Of a stretch of DNA of 64,000 nucleotides, positions 1-9,848 are shown piece after piece; the stretch's first letter is position 1, and every line of letters begins with the position of its first letter. Source of the DNA: an uncultured cyanobacterium (lineage in GTDB: Bacteria; Cyanobacteriota; Cyanobacteriia; Cyanobacteriales; CAWCAG01). The notes below the pieces were generated by a model, which did not search any database, had not been told where the DNA came from, and saw nothing but the letters and a program-made list of their open reading frames with translations. Position numbers and translations under genes: made by a program. The stretch spans positions 384,001 to 448,000 of the forward strand of contig CAWDOD010000010.1 of the NCBI GenBank assembly GCA_963803805.1, read 5' to 3'.

Positions 1-784
1 GATGATGACGAATAATAGGCAAAACTCCTTCCATCCCCCTAAGAGGTTGGCAAAGCTTTTCACCGATGAGAACGTGTTGGTTAATTAGTTTCCTCTCTTC
101 GAGGGTTAGTTTACCTTCTTTAAGCAAGACAGCATCAGGAATGCCTACTGTACCTAAGTCGTGGAGATAGATCGCTTTGATTAAATCTTTAACTTTAGCT
201 AAAGGAAGTCCTAAATATTCTCCAAAGGATTGGGCTAGTTGAATTAATCTTTCTGAAGATTTACTGCGATCGCTATCCCGTTCTCCTATGGCTTTAGCAA
301 TAGAAAAAAGTACCTGTTCGGTATGATCGAGGTCTTCATAAAGGCGCTTTTGACGAATAAAAGATTTAACCCTAGTGGCTAGTTCCAAGCGATCTAAAGG
401 TTTAGGAAGTAAGTCATCTCCCCCAGCTTCTAAACTTTGGGTATAAGTCTTTCTATCATTGAGTACGGTGATAAAAATAACCGGAATCGAAGCTGTAGTT
501 TCGTTTGCTTTAATACCTTTACAAATCTCAAACCCATCAAACTCAGGAAGCATTATATCCAGTAAAATCAAGTCTGGCTCTTGGGCAATGACATATTCTA
601 AGACTTTTTTACTATTTTCTAGCTCAATAACTTCATAACCTTCTATGGATAATAAAGCCGACACAGCCATACGGCTAGAAGCATTATCATCCACAACCAG
701 AATCTTCGCTGGTTGGGAATCTAGAATGCTTACGGAAGAAGAATTAATTTCTTTTAATTTATTTTCCCCTGACAAGATATTCAT
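1..784 (-). CDS. Response regulator with REC + HD-GYP domains (3' end runs off the window)
   Basis: Manual translation from ATG at 784: MNILSG...KILVVDDN...PDLILLDIMLPEFDG...KP (REC), then LHDLGTVGIPDAVLLKEGKLT...HVLIGEKLCQPL...IIRHH (HD-GYP). Absent from the ORF track because it is truncated. Confidence 0.88.
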   Translation of the reverse strand, partial: MNILSGENKLKEINSSSVSILDSQPAKILVVDDNASSRMAVSALLSIEGYEVIELENSKKVLEYVIAQEPDLILLDIMLPEFDGFEICKGIKANETTASIPVIFITVLNDRKTYTQSLEAGGDDLLPKPLDRLELATRVKSFIRQKRLYEDLDHTEQVLFSIAKAIGERDSDRSKSSERLIQLAQSFGEYLGLPLAKVKDLIKAIYLHDLGTVGIPDAVLLKEGKLTLEERKLINQHVLIGEKLCQPLRGMEGVLPIIRHH

Positions 785-932
785 GGGTATATTAAATGGT
801 CTAGCTTTAGTATGCTCAAAAGTATAGCGAGTTTAAATCGGGTTTTTTACTGAATTTGCTATTTGCTAATGGCTATTTGCTATTAATCAAGTGGTTAGTA
901 GGGATGAGGTGCTAGTTATCCCTACTAGAGCA

Positions 933-974
933 TAGCCATTAGCCATTAGCCATTAGCCATTAGCCATTAGCCAT
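933..974. repeat. Heptamer tandem repeat (TAGCCAT)x6, cyanobacterial STRR type
   Basis: Six perfect copies. The last overlaps the ycf23 stop codon. Confidence 0.95.
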
Positions 975-1725
975 TAAAAACAGAAACTCTAGAACGACTA
1001 ACCAAAGCTAAAGCTTCGACTAAGCTGCGTACAACAGCCACCATCGCTACTTCACTATCAAGTTGATTAATAGCAGAACCAACTCCTACTCCCGCAGCAC
1101 CAGCAGCGATCGCCATAGGAACCGTGACACTAGATAAACCAGAAGCACAAAGTACTGGGACTTGTACCCCCTGGGAAATACTTGTAGCCGCAGCTAAAGT
1201 GGGAGCAGCTTTTTCAATTAAACCTAGAGTCCCAGGATGCTTAGGGCTAGTGCTAGTGCCTCCTTCTGTTTGAATAATATCTGCACCTGCACTTACTAAC
1301 TCCTCTGCCAATTTAACCTGTTCATCCAAAGGAAGAATATGAGGTACGGTGACAGAAAGGGGAACATCAGGAAGTAAAGAGCGTGTTTTTTGAGTCAAAG
1401 CCAAAACTTCTGGGGCCTCAAAACGCCGTCCTTGGGCATAAAAGCTATCAAAATTACCAATTTCAATTAAATCAGCACCAGCGTTAATAGCTTCAACGAA
1501 TAACTCTGGTTCAACAGCAGAAACACAGATCGGCAGAGCAATTTGTTGACGTACAGCAGCAATTAAATCTGCATCAGCAGCAATATCCACAAGGCTAGCC
1601 CCCCCAGCCTGGGCAGCTTTCACCACAGCTAGAACTTTATGATGATCAAAGTTGTTTAAACCACTAATCACCTTAAGGACTTTTTGTTGCTGAAACAACT
1701 TCTCTAGTCTAGGATGGATGTTCAT
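967..1725 (-). CDS. ycf23: Ycf23/DUF561 family TIM-barrel protein
   Basis: LKVISGLNNFD, IEIGNFDSFY and IIQTEGG motifs, typical of this cyanobacterial/plastid family. Confidence 0.85.
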   Translation of the reverse strand: MNIHPRLEKLFQQQKVLKVISGLNNFDHHKVLAVVKAAQAGGASLVDIAADADLIAAVRQQIALPICVSAVEPELFVEAINAGADLIEIGNFDSFYAQGRRFEAPEVLALTQKTRSLLPDVPLSVTVPHILPLDEQVKLAEELVSAGADIIQTEGGTSTSPKHPGTLGLIEKAAPTLAAATSISQGVQVPVLCASGLSSVTVPMAIAAGAAGVGVGSAINQLDSEVAMVAVVRSLVEALALVSRSRVSVFNG

Positions 1726-1789
1726 AATTAATTTTTAGCTCCTAATCTAAAATTCAGCGATACTATAAGTAATACTAAGTATCCCTTGG

Positions 1790-3001
1790 GTGCATCCTTT
1801 GGTTTCAATTTTTTTTACCAAGGGAATGTTTACATTACCAAATAGGAGCATACCTAATATTTGGTTAAACAAACCTCGCTCCTCATCCCCAAAAGCCATG
1901 AATTTTCCTCCAGCGAACCTCTCTTCTTTCCACTCAGACGTTTTTGAAAAAACTGCCTTGGGTCAAATTTGCGGTAAAGAACAGCTTTTCCGCGATCGCT
2001 ACGAAGTTTTACGGATGCTCGGTAGAGGTGGCTTCGGAGTTACCTTTTTAGCTAGGGATACCTCTCTACCAGGAAATCCTAAATGCGTTATTAAGCAGTT
2101 ATGCCCAAAGGTTAGTGATGAGTCAGCTTTAGTAATAGCCCGCCAGCGTTTTCAAAGGGAAGCCAAAACCCTTTCCCTGTTAGGTCATCATTCCCAAATA
2201 CCCTTACTCTTGGATTATTTCGTTATTGGTGAAGATTTTTATCTGGTTCAAGAGTATATCCATGGCCTAACCCTAGCAAGGTTGATTAGACGCTATGGCC
2301 CCATGTCTGAAAATCTTGTTAAGCACTTTTTAGGGGAAATCATTCCCATACTAGAATATGTCCACAAACACGGCGTTATTCATCGAGACATTAAGCCCCA
2401 AAATATTCTTCGCTGTAAACAGGATGGTAGATTAGTTCTCATTGACTTTGGCGCTGTCAAAGAGCAAATCTCTCAACCAGGGGATAGTAGCATTCGGGGA
2501 GGAACAACTAACTTTATTGGTACTGTAGGTTTTGCCCCCCCAGAACAATTTTCTTTGCGCCCTGTATTTGCTAGTGATATTTATGCGGTGGGGGTAACTT
2601 GCTTATATTTATTAACAGGAAAAGCGCCCTTAGATTTCCAAACTAATCTCCACACCGGACAGATGAAATGGCGAGAAGTGGTAGAAGTCAGCGATACTTT
2701 TGCTCAAGTTTTGGATAAGATGCTAAAGATTTCTCTTCCTGAACGCTATCAATCTATCTCTGCGTTGAAAGTTGCTTTAGAAACACCCCAAACGGTCAAA
2801 GAATTAGGACAATGTATGAATATTCAATCTCGTCCTAGTAAAGAATATTCTTCCCAAAAAGATAGTCCCGAAGAAGTTCACAATCGCCATATTGCCAAGG
2901 TAGCCGCTTCTATCCGCCAATGGAAGAGTAAGCGCAGTCAGAAGAAAAGTTCCCCTACCAAAAGGGGCAATATGCGTTTGTTGAGTAGTTCAGGGAGTTA
3001 A
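1790..3001 (+). CDS. Ser/Thr protein kinase (true start may be the ATG at 1898)
   Basis: LGRGGFGVT Gly loop, CVIKQ lysine, HRDIKPQN, DFG, GTVGFAPPE. Confidence 0.93.
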   Translation: MHPLVSIFFTKGMFTLPNRSIPNIWLNKPRSSSPKAMNFPPANLSSFHSDVFEKTALGQICGKEQLFRDRYEVLRMLGRGGFGVTFLARDTSLPGNPKCVIKQLCPKVSDESALVIARQRFQREAKTLSLLGHHSQIPLLLDYFVIGEDFYLVQEYIHGLTLARLIRRYGPMSENLVKHFLGEIIPILEYVHKHGVIHRDIKPQNILRCKQDGRLVLIDFGAVKEQISQPGDSSIRGGTTNFIGTVGFAPPEQFSLRPVFASDIYAVGVTCLYLLTGKAPLDFQTNLHTGQMKWREVVEVSDTFAQVLDKMLKISLPERYQSISALKVALETPQTVKELGQCMNIQSRPSKEYSSQKDSPEEVHNRHIAKVAASIRQWKSKRSQKKSSPTKRGNMRLLSSSGS

Positions 3002-3150
3002 AAACCTTTTTTGTGGATCAAGGTTTGCGTCATAGGCTTAATTGTTTTGATTTCAATCTTAGCCAAAATATCGAAATTCAAAGGCATCGTTAAATAACTT
3101 ACATCTTTAGCTAAGATAATAATCAATTAGGTTGTACTCAAACAAAACCC

Positions 3151-3924
3151 GTGCTGTCTACCCTTATCGCTGATTTTCGGATTATTTTTGAACGTGACCC
3201 CGCCGCCCGTAACTGGCTGGAGGTCTTGTTTTGCTATCCTGGTTTACAAGCAATTCTGTTTCATCGCCTTGCCCACAGCTTGTATAAACTGAAGATACCC
3301 TTCGTTCCTCGCTTTATTTCTCACTTAGGTAGATTCTTCACTGGTATTGAAATTCATCCAGGGGCGCAAATGGGTAAGGGAGTTTGCATTGACCACGGTA
3401 TGGGTATCGTTGTGGGTGAGACAGCCATCATTGGAGATTACTGCTTGATTTACCAAGGAGTTACTTTAGGGGGAACAGGAAAAGAAAGTGGCAAACGCCA
3501 CCCTACCCTTGGAGAAAATGTTGTAGTTGGCGCTGGTGCTAAAGTTTTGGGTAACATCCAAATTGGTGACGATGTACGTATTGGTGCTGGCTCAGTAGTA
3601 TTGAGAGATGTACCTTCTGATTGTACTGTGGTGGGAGTTCCAGGCAGAGTTGTTTATCGCTCTGGAGTTAAGGTAAGCCCGTTGGAACACGCAAGTCTAC
3701 CAGATTCTGAAGCTGCTGTGATTAGGGCTTTAGTTGATCGTATTGAGTCTTTAGAAAAGGAAATAACTAGTCTCAAAAAACAACAGTGCCAAACTCATGT
3801 CCTCGCTGCTGTTGCTACTTCTAAGTTAGATATTACCGAAGAAGATACCCAAGGAAAATCTTGCCGTCTTAGCGACAAGGAGATACAAGAGTTTTTAGAG
3901 GGGACAGGTATTGCTAAGAGGTAG
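3151..3924 (+). CDS. cysE: Serine O-acetyltransferase
   Basis: RDPAAR, TGIEIHPGA, IDHGMG, TLGGTGKESGKRHPT and hexapeptide repeats. Confidence 0.96.
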   Translation: MLSTLIADFRIIFERDPAARNWLEVLFCYPGLQAILFHRLAHSLYKLKIPFVPRFISHLGRFFTGIEIHPGAQMGKGVCIDHGMGIVVGETAIIGDYCLIYQGVTLGGTGKESGKRHPTLGENVVVGAGAKVLGNIQIGDDVRIGAGSVVLRDVPSDCTVVGVPGRVVYRSGVKVSPLEHASLPDSEAAVIRALVDRIESLEKEITSLKKQQCQTHVLAAVATSKLDITEEDTQGKSCRLSDKEIQEFLEGTGIAKR

Positions 3925-4177
3925 ACAATATCTACCCTTTACCCCCGTTAGCCATTCTTGAGAAACTGAATTGTGAGTGTTTAAGCCGATTGAGTATTGT
4001 ACCCACTCCGGTTTACTATGGACTTGCGATGAAATATAGCGAATCAATGTTTTTAACTCCCGCTTTCTGTAGTAAACACGGCGACCAACAAGCGTGTACC
4101 CTACCTCCGCAAATATATCGTGCCACTAAACACAGACTTAGTATTAGTCGAATTTTGCTTAACCATTAGCAAATCTT

Positions 4178-4201
4178 ACATTTAGAAACATTTCTAAATG
4201 T
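4178..4201. promoter_or_regulatory. Perfect 11-bp inverted repeat upstream of the bicA -10-like element; candidate operator
   Basis: ACATTTAGAAA-ca-TTTCTAAATGT, followed by TAGACT at 4214-4219. Confidence 0.5.
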
Positions 4202-4243
4202 GTAGTCTTGGTATAGACTGAACCAAATGATAACTTTAAATCA

Positions 4244-4259
4244 ATAGATTTTTATCTAT
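4244..4259 (+). promoter_or_regulatory. NdhR/CcmR-type LysR operator ATAG-N8-CTAT
   Basis: ATAG-atttttat-CTAT lies 48 nt before the bicA ATG. bicA is a known NdhR/CcmR target in some cyanobacteria. Confidence 0.7.
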
Positions 4260-4307
4260 AAAAGTGCGTTTAAATCAAAGATTACTACTTAGACAACTTA
4301 CAAATTC

Positions 4308-6026
4308 ATGCAAATAGTTAACCGCATTCATTTTAGGAACCTACGGGGGGATATTTTCGGTGGTTTAACCGCCGCAGTTATCGCCCTACCAATGGCCCTC
4401 GCTTTCGGGGTAGCTTCTGGTGCAGGTCCAGCGGCTGGTCTTTATGGAGCCGTTTTAGTGGGCTTTTTCGCAGCCCTTTTTGGGGGAACTCCTACCCTCA
4501 TTTCTGAACCAACAGGGCCAATGACAGTAGTGATGACTGCTGTCATTGCTGACTTGACTGCTGCTGATCCTGAAAATGGTCTAGCTATGGCTTTTACGGT
4601 AGTCATGCTGGCTGGGGTGTTACAAATCATCTTTGGAGTCTTGCGCCTGGGTAAATACGTTACCCTCATGCCTTATACCGTAGTTTCAGGCTTTATGTCT
4701 GGGATCGGTATCATTCTGATTATCTTACAAATAAGCCCCTTTCTTGGACAAGCAAGTCCTAAAGGTGGTGTAGTTGGTACAATCCAGAATTTGCCAGATT
4801 TATTAGCTAATATTAATCCGGCTGAGTTAGCTTTGAGTGCTATCACCGTAGCCTTACTTGTATTTACACCAGGTAAAATTAAGAAATTTTTGCCACCCCA
4901 GCTTTTAGCTTTAATCTTGGGAACAATAATTTCTTTAACTGTATTTTCTAGTGTAGAGATTCGTCGTATTATCGATATTGGTAAAATTCCTACTGGTTTG
5001 CCATCTTTACACGTACCTGTTTTTAGCCCTGAGCAACTACAGTTAATGTTTGTTGATGCTTTAGTTTTGGGGATGCTTGGTTGCATTGATGCTTTGCTTA
5101 CTTCTGTGGTTGCAGACAGTCTCACCCGCACCCAACACGATTCTAATAAAGAATTAATTGGTCAAGGGCTTGGTAATATTGCTTCTGGACTATTTGGTGG
5201 AATTGCTGGTGCTGGGGCAACCATGGGAACAGTTGTTAATATCCAAGCAGGAGGACGTACGGCTTTATCTGGTTTAACTCGTGCCTTTATTTTGCTGGTT
5301 GTTGTCTTGGGGGCTGCTGGCTTAACAGAAAGTATCCCTCTAGCAGTCTTAGCCGGTATTGCCCTCAAAGTTGGTATTGATATCATTGACTGGGGTTTCT
5401 TGAAACGGGCCCACAAAGTTTCTTGGAAAGCAGCCATGATTATGTATGGGGTAATTATCCTCACGGTATTTGTTGACTTAATTGCGGCTGTTGGGGTTGG
5501 TGTATTTGTAGCTAATATTTTAACTATCGAACGCTTAAGCAAACTACAATCCAATGACGTGAAAGCAATTACCGATGCTGATGATGTCATTCTCTTAGAT
5601 GAAGAAGAGAAACAACTCCTCAATGCTGGAAATGGTCGTATTCTGATTTTCCACCTTGATGGGCCGATGATTTTCGGTGTTGCGAAAGCTATTTCTCGGC
5701 AACAAATAGCTATGGAAGATCACGATGTTTTAATTCTTGATTTAAGCGATGTACCTATCTTAGGTGTAACTTCTTCTTTAGCGATTGAAAATACCATTCA
5801 AGAAGCTTGCGATAAAGGCCGCCACGTCTTTATTGTGGGAGCTGCAGGAGCAATTAAACGCCGTTTACAAAAATTTGGTATTTTACAACTCTTACCACCC
5901 CACAATTTGGTAGTAGACCGTTTAGATGCTCTCAAACAGGCCGTTACTTTAATTAAGGGATATGAACCAGATTTAGAGCCAGTAGTTGCTGATAGAAATA
6001 TAGCTGAGGGTTCAAGTGCTGTTTAA
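4308..6026 (+). CDS. bicA: SulP/SLC26 Na+-dependent bicarbonate transporter BicA
   Basis: N-terminus MQIVNRIHFRNLRGDIFGGLTAAVIALPMALAFG, SEPTGPM, GAGATMGT and a C-terminal STAS domain. Confidence 0.9.
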   Translation: MQIVNRIHFRNLRGDIFGGLTAAVIALPMALAFGVASGAGPAAGLYGAVLVGFFAALFGGTPTLISEPTGPMTVVMTAVIADLTAADPENGLAMAFTVVMLAGVLQIIFGVLRLGKYVTLMPYTVVSGFMSGIGIILIILQISPFLGQASPKGGVVGTIQNLPDLLANINPAELALSAITVALLVFTPGKIKKFLPPQLLALILGTIISLTVFSSVEIRRIIDIGKIPTGLPSLHVPVFSPEQLQLMFVDALVLGMLGCIDALLTSVVADSLTRTQHDSNKELIGQGLGNIASGLFGGIAGAGATMGTVVNIQAGGRTALSGLTRAFILLVVVLGAAGLTESIPLAVLAGIALKVGIDIIDWGFLKRAHKVSWKAAMIMYGVIILTVFVDLIAAVGVGVFVANILTIERLSKLQSNDVKAITDADDVILLDEEEKQLLNAGNGRILIFHLDGPMIFGVAKAISRQQIAMEDHDVLILDLSDVPILGVTSSLAIENTIQEACDKGRHVFIVGAAGAIKRRLQKFGILQLLPPHNLVVDRLDALKQAVTLIKGYEPDLEPVVADRNIAEGSSAV

Positions 6027-6090
6027 GAGCAATTTCCGCTACTTGTGAGGTAAATCTTAATTAGTAATGGTGCATTTTGTACCACTTTTC

Positions 6091-6135
6091 AAAGGGTTAA
6101 AGGGAAGGTTTACTAGTATTTCCTTTTAACCCTTT
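6091..6135. terminator. Stem-loop between convergent bicA and the ankyrin gene
   Basis: AAAGGGTTAAAGGGAA ... TTCCTTTTAACCCTTT inverted repeat. Confidence 0.6.
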
Positions 6136-6162
6136 CTTAATTAAGTATCTCTACAACTAATA

Positions 6163-6693
6163 CTAAAAGTCAATGTTTGATCCATTTACGATACTTTGCA
6201 AGTACTCTGCGGATTTTTGTTTTTTGAGAATTGTTGCTTCCTCTAATGGCGTTGCGTAATCGTCTATTTCAGTCCTTATTGTTAGATCTGCCGCATTTTT
6301 AACTAGTATTCTTAATGCCTCAAGATCCTCTCTAGCTGCTGCCATATGTAAGGGAGTCCAATCATTTATTCCTTTCTTATTAATTGGTGCGCCACAGTCA
6401 ATTAGGAGCTGTATGATTTCATATTTGTCAGGCAGATCACGCTCTATGGCGCTTAAAATTGGTGTGTAGCCCTCGTCATCACGGAAGGACAAATCTACAT
6501 CCTTAGAAAGAACCCATTTCACCGATTCAAGAGAGCCACAATCTATAGCATTGGTTATCCACTGCCTATGAATAAAATCATCAACACCTTTTGGAAAGCT
6601 ATCGATAACTTTCTCTGCTTCTTCTAATAACTCGATATTGCTTTCGGCTAGCAAATTTATGAGGTAACTATACTCCTTGTAAGTGCCAGTCAT
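6163..6693 (-). CDS. Ankyrin-repeat protein
   Basis: GYTPILSA, WTPLHMAA and ATPLEEA ankyrin motifs. Confidence 0.85.
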   Translation of the reverse strand: MTGTYKEYSYLINLLAESNIELLEEAEKVIDSFPKGVDDFIHRQWITNAIDCGSLESVKWVLSKDVDLSFRDDEGYTPILSAIERDLPDKYEIIQLLIDCGAPINKKGINDWTPLHMAAAREDLEALRILVKNAADLTIRTEIDDYATPLEEATILKKQKSAEYLQSIVNGSNIDF

Positions 6694-6807
6694 ACCAAAT
6701 CCTGTTTAAATAGCCTAAGTTATCGGTAAGGGTAGGGAGTAGGCAGTAGAGTTTGAAAACTTTTTCGGTGAATTTTGTATTTAGTTTTTAATAACCGGAT
6801 TTGGCAT
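6692..6807. mobile_element. MITE-like element (~116 bp) with terminal inverted repeats
   Basis: Left end ATACCAAATCCTGTT versus right end (reverse complement) ATGCCAAATCCGGTT, 13/15 identical. GTCAT occurs on both flanks (6689-6693 and 6811-6815). Confidence 0.55.
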
Positions 6808-6862
6808 CATGTCATATAACTTTCCTTGTGCGATCGCTTCGCTGCCCCCGTGAGGAAACTAT

Positions 6863-6893
6863 TAGCAATTAGCAACTAGCAACTAGCAATTAG
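6863..6893. repeat. Heptamer tandem repeat TAGCAA(T/C) x4
   Basis: tagcaat tagcaac tagcaac tagcaat tag at the gmk stop codon. Confidence 0.85.
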
Positions 6894-7447
6894 AAATGAG
6901 CAAAAACAATCTGTTCGATATCTGCTAAAGCTGCTTCAAAATCATCATTAACAACTTGATAAGCAAACTCATCTGCTGCTGCAATTTCTTCAACTGCCCT
7001 TTCTAAGCGTTTGTTGATTACTGCTTCAGAATCTTTACCCCTACCTCTTAAACGAGCCTCTAATTCTTCAATCGAAGGGGGTAAAATGAAAATACGCAGA
7101 GCTTGAGGGAAAATTTCTTTGATTTTCCTCGCCCCGATTAACTCAATTTCTAAAATTACAGAATTGCCACTATTGAGTTGTTTCTCCACAGAGGAACGAG
7201 GGGTTCCATAAAAATTGTCGGCATATTGCGCCCATTCCAATAGTTCCCCTCCCTCGATCATGGACTGAAACTGCTCTTTAGTGACAAAATAATAGTGTTG
7301 CCCCTCAACTTCTCCTTGACGAGGAGAACGAGTAGTAGCAGAAATAGAAAGATAAAGTTCGGGAAAACTCAACCTCAGCGATCGCACTAAAGTTCCTTTT
7401 CCTACGCCACTAGGGCCTGTTAACACTATTAATTGGCCTGGTTTCAC
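6890..7447 (-). CDS. gmk: Guanylate kinase
   Basis: GPSGVGKGT P-loop, SATTRSPRQGE, YGT. Confidence 0.97.
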   Translation of the reverse strand: MKPGQLIVLTGPSGVGKGTLVRSLRLSFPELYLSISATTRSPRQGEVEGQHYYFVTKEQFQSMIEGGELLEWAQYADNFYGTPRSSVEKQLNSGNSVILEIELIGARKIKEIFPQALRIFILPPSIEELEARLRGRGKDSEAVINKRLERAVEEIAAADEFAYQVVNDDFEAALADIEQIVFAHF

Positions 7448-7468
7448 AATCTTTTTTGGTTAATTGAG

Positions 7469-7747
7469 TTAATTGTTGTTGTTATTATCTGAGTCTTTGT
7501 GAACAACAAAGCGATTAGCTACTGTTTCTGGCTGTATAGCCGAAAGGATAACATGGCTAGAATCAGTCATAATTACAGCACGAGTACGACGACCATAGGT
7601 AGCATCAATCAGTTGTCCACGATCCCGTGCATCTGTAATGATACGCTTAATCGGGGCAGATTCAGGGCTGACTATAGCCACCACCCTATTAGCCGAGACT
7701 ATGTTACCAAAGCCGATGTTAATTAGTTGAATATCCATAGGGAACAA
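7469..7747 (-). CDS. remA: RemA/DUF370 family regulator
   Basis: [40 protein letters not shown]; conserved linkage to gmk. Confidence 0.93.
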   Translation of the reverse strand: MFPMDIQLINIGFGNIVSANRVVAIVSPESAPIKRIITDARDRGQLIDATYGRRTRAVIMTDSSHVILSAIQPETVANRFVVHKDSDNNNNN

Positions 7748-7861
7748 AGGACTAAGCCATTTAGAGAGAATTAAATCGATCTATCTCCCATTCTAAGAAG
7801 ATAAAACCCCTTTACTGCCAAAATAACTACTGATTTTAGTTTTTTTTGCTGTTTTTGGGCA

Positions 7862-9610
7862 TTGAAGAAGTTGAAAATGCAACCTGTTGACTTTACTACT
7901 CTTATCGCTACTTGTTCGGAATTGCGTCGCCATTGGCTTCCTGCCCGTTTAGAACAAGTTTATCAGCGCGATCGCTATACCATTGCTGTGGCTTTACGTA
8001 CTTTGGAAGGACGGGGCTGGTTAACGATTTGTTGGCATCCTCAAGGGGCGAGAGTTTGTCTTGGTGATCCTCCTCCTCGTACTCCTGACACCTTTACTTT
8101 TAGCGATCAACTACGCCATCAATTGGGAGGGTTTGCTTTGACGAAAATAGAAGTTATTGCCCCTTGGGAGAGGGTTTTAGATTTGCAATTTGCGAAACGT
8201 CCGGGAGAAGATCCCCTTTGGCATCTTTATGTAGAAATTATTGGTAAGTATAGCAATGTTATCCTCACCGATGCTAAAAACCTTATTGTTACCGTTGCCC
8301 ATCAAGTTAGCCAACAACAATCTAGTGTTCGTACTATCCAAACGGGACAACCTTACGAATTTCCCCCAGTTTTAACAGGTACTTTCCCCAGTTTAAAAGA
8401 ATCCCAGGCTTCCTGGCAAGAAAGAGTTAATTTGATACCAGGAACTCTCAAAAGCCAGTTGATGAAGAGTTATCGCGGTTTAAGCCCCCGCATTGCCCAA
8501 TCAATAATTCAAGTAGCAGGGTTAGATCCTCAACAATCTAATCAAAGTTTGTCAATTACGGATTGGCAAACTCTGTTTCAATTTTGGCAGCGATGGTTAA
8601 TCATTCTGGAAAAAGAACAGTTTGAACCGGGTTGGACTGAGGATGGTTATACCGTTTTGGGTTGGAATATAATCAAACCAAGCAAAGATGTCCAAACTTT
8701 ACTAAATCGCTATTATACCGACGCACTTAACCAACAAGTTTTCCAGCAGTTGCACCACCAACTAACTCAAAAGATCACTAATCTTTTAAAGAAGTTACGC
8801 CAAAAAGCCCAAACTTTTCAACAACGATTAGGACAATCTGACGAAGCAGATCGATATCGCTACCAAGCTGATTTGGTTATGGCACATCTTCAGCAATGGC
8901 AACCGGGAATGAAGATGATGGAATTGACTGACTTTGAGACGGGAAAGCCTGTGAAGATTGCGTTTAATCCGGAAAAAAATGCTGTACAAAATGCTCAAGC
9001 TTTGTATAAACGCCACCAAAAACTAAAACGTACCCGGCAGGCAGTAGAACCCTTATTAAAGGAAGTGGCAGGGGAAATTGCTTACCTAGAACAAATCGAA
9101 GATGCCTTGCAACAATCGGCTAAATATAATCATCCTCAAGACTTAAAAACTTTAGAAGAGATTCGCGAAGAACTTATTGAACAAAAATACCTCGCTTCTA
9201 AACAATATAGCCGTAGTAGCAAAGATGATTCTCAACCCTACCGCTATGTTTCTCCTGGTGGTTATGAAATTTTAATTGGACGTAATAATCGCCAAAATGA
9301 TATTTTAACCTTCCGTACTGCTGTGGATTACGATTTGTGGTTCCATACCCAAGAAATACCCGGCAGCCATGTATTATTACGCTTGGAACCAGGGGCTGTT
9401 GCCCAAGACGTGGATTTACAGTTTACTGCTAACTTAGCAACCTATTATAGTCGCGCCCGGAATAGTGATTCTGCTCCTGTAGTATATACTGAGCCTAAAA
9501 ATGTTTATAAACCCAAAGGGGCAAAACCAGGAATGGCTATTTATAAACAAGAACGCATCATCTGGGGTCATCCGCAAGAAGCGATTAGCTATCTAAAAGA
9601 GGATCGCTAG
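7862..9610 (+). CDS. rqcH: NFACT/RqcH (FbpA-like) ribosome quality-control protein
   Basis: ERVLDL, EIIGKYSNVIL, NAQALYKRHQKLK, IGRNNRQND, WFHTQEIPGSHV. Confidence 0.9.
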   Translation: MKKLKMQPVDFTTLIATCSELRRHWLPARLEQVYQRDRYTIAVALRTLEGRGWLTICWHPQGARVCLGDPPPRTPDTFTFSDQLRHQLGGFALTKIEVIAPWERVLDLQFAKRPGEDPLWHLYVEIIGKYSNVILTDAKNLIVTVAHQVSQQQSSVRTIQTGQPYEFPPVLTGTFPSLKESQASWQERVNLIPGTLKSQLMKSYRGLSPRIAQSIIQVAGLDPQQSNQSLSITDWQTLFQFWQRWLIILEKEQFEPGWTEDGYTVLGWNIIKPSKDVQTLLNRYYTDALNQQVFQQLHHQLTQKITNLLKKLRQKAQTFQQRLGQSDEADRYRYQADLVMAHLQQWQPGMKMMELTDFETGKPVKIAFNPEKNAVQNAQALYKRHQKLKRTRQAVEPLLKEVAGEIAYLEQIEDALQQSAKYNHPQDLKTLEEIREELIEQKYLASKQYSRSSKDDSQPYRYVSPGGYEILIGRNNRQNDILTFRTAVDYDLWFHTQEIPGSHVLLRLEPGAVAQDVDLQFTANLATYYSRARNSDSAPVVYTEPKNVYKPKGAKPGMAIYKQERIIWGHPQEAISYLKEDR

Positions 9611-9663
9611 AAAGATGATTTAAGCTAATTAGGCAAGTCTGTACCTTCTGTTACAATAAATAT

Positions 9664-9768
9664 TAAGAAATCTTACTAGCCTGCGCCTGGGAACGCAAAA
9701 GCTTGGATTTCCAACAATTAAGCGACAATATTTTTTTTGCCAGTAGTTGGGACTACTGGCTTTTTTTT
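9664..9768 (+). ncRNA. Candidate small RNA (~105 nt), family not identified
   Basis: Extended -10 TGnTACAAT at 9649-9657, no ATG-initiated ORF, and an intrinsic terminator at the end. Confidence 0.45.
9739..9768 (+). terminator. Rho-independent terminator
   Basis: GCCAGTAGT-TGGG-ACTACTGGC followed by T8. Confidence 0.9.
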
Positions 9769-9848
9769 ATTGCTATTTGCTAGTTGCTAGTTGCCTCTCC
9801 CTATTTCCCTATTTCCCTACCTCTCTACCTCCCCCATCAAGGGAAACT

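Noticed and set aside
645-827. 60-aa + strand ORF
   Set aside because: Antisense shadow of the REC/HD-GYP gene on the minus strand.
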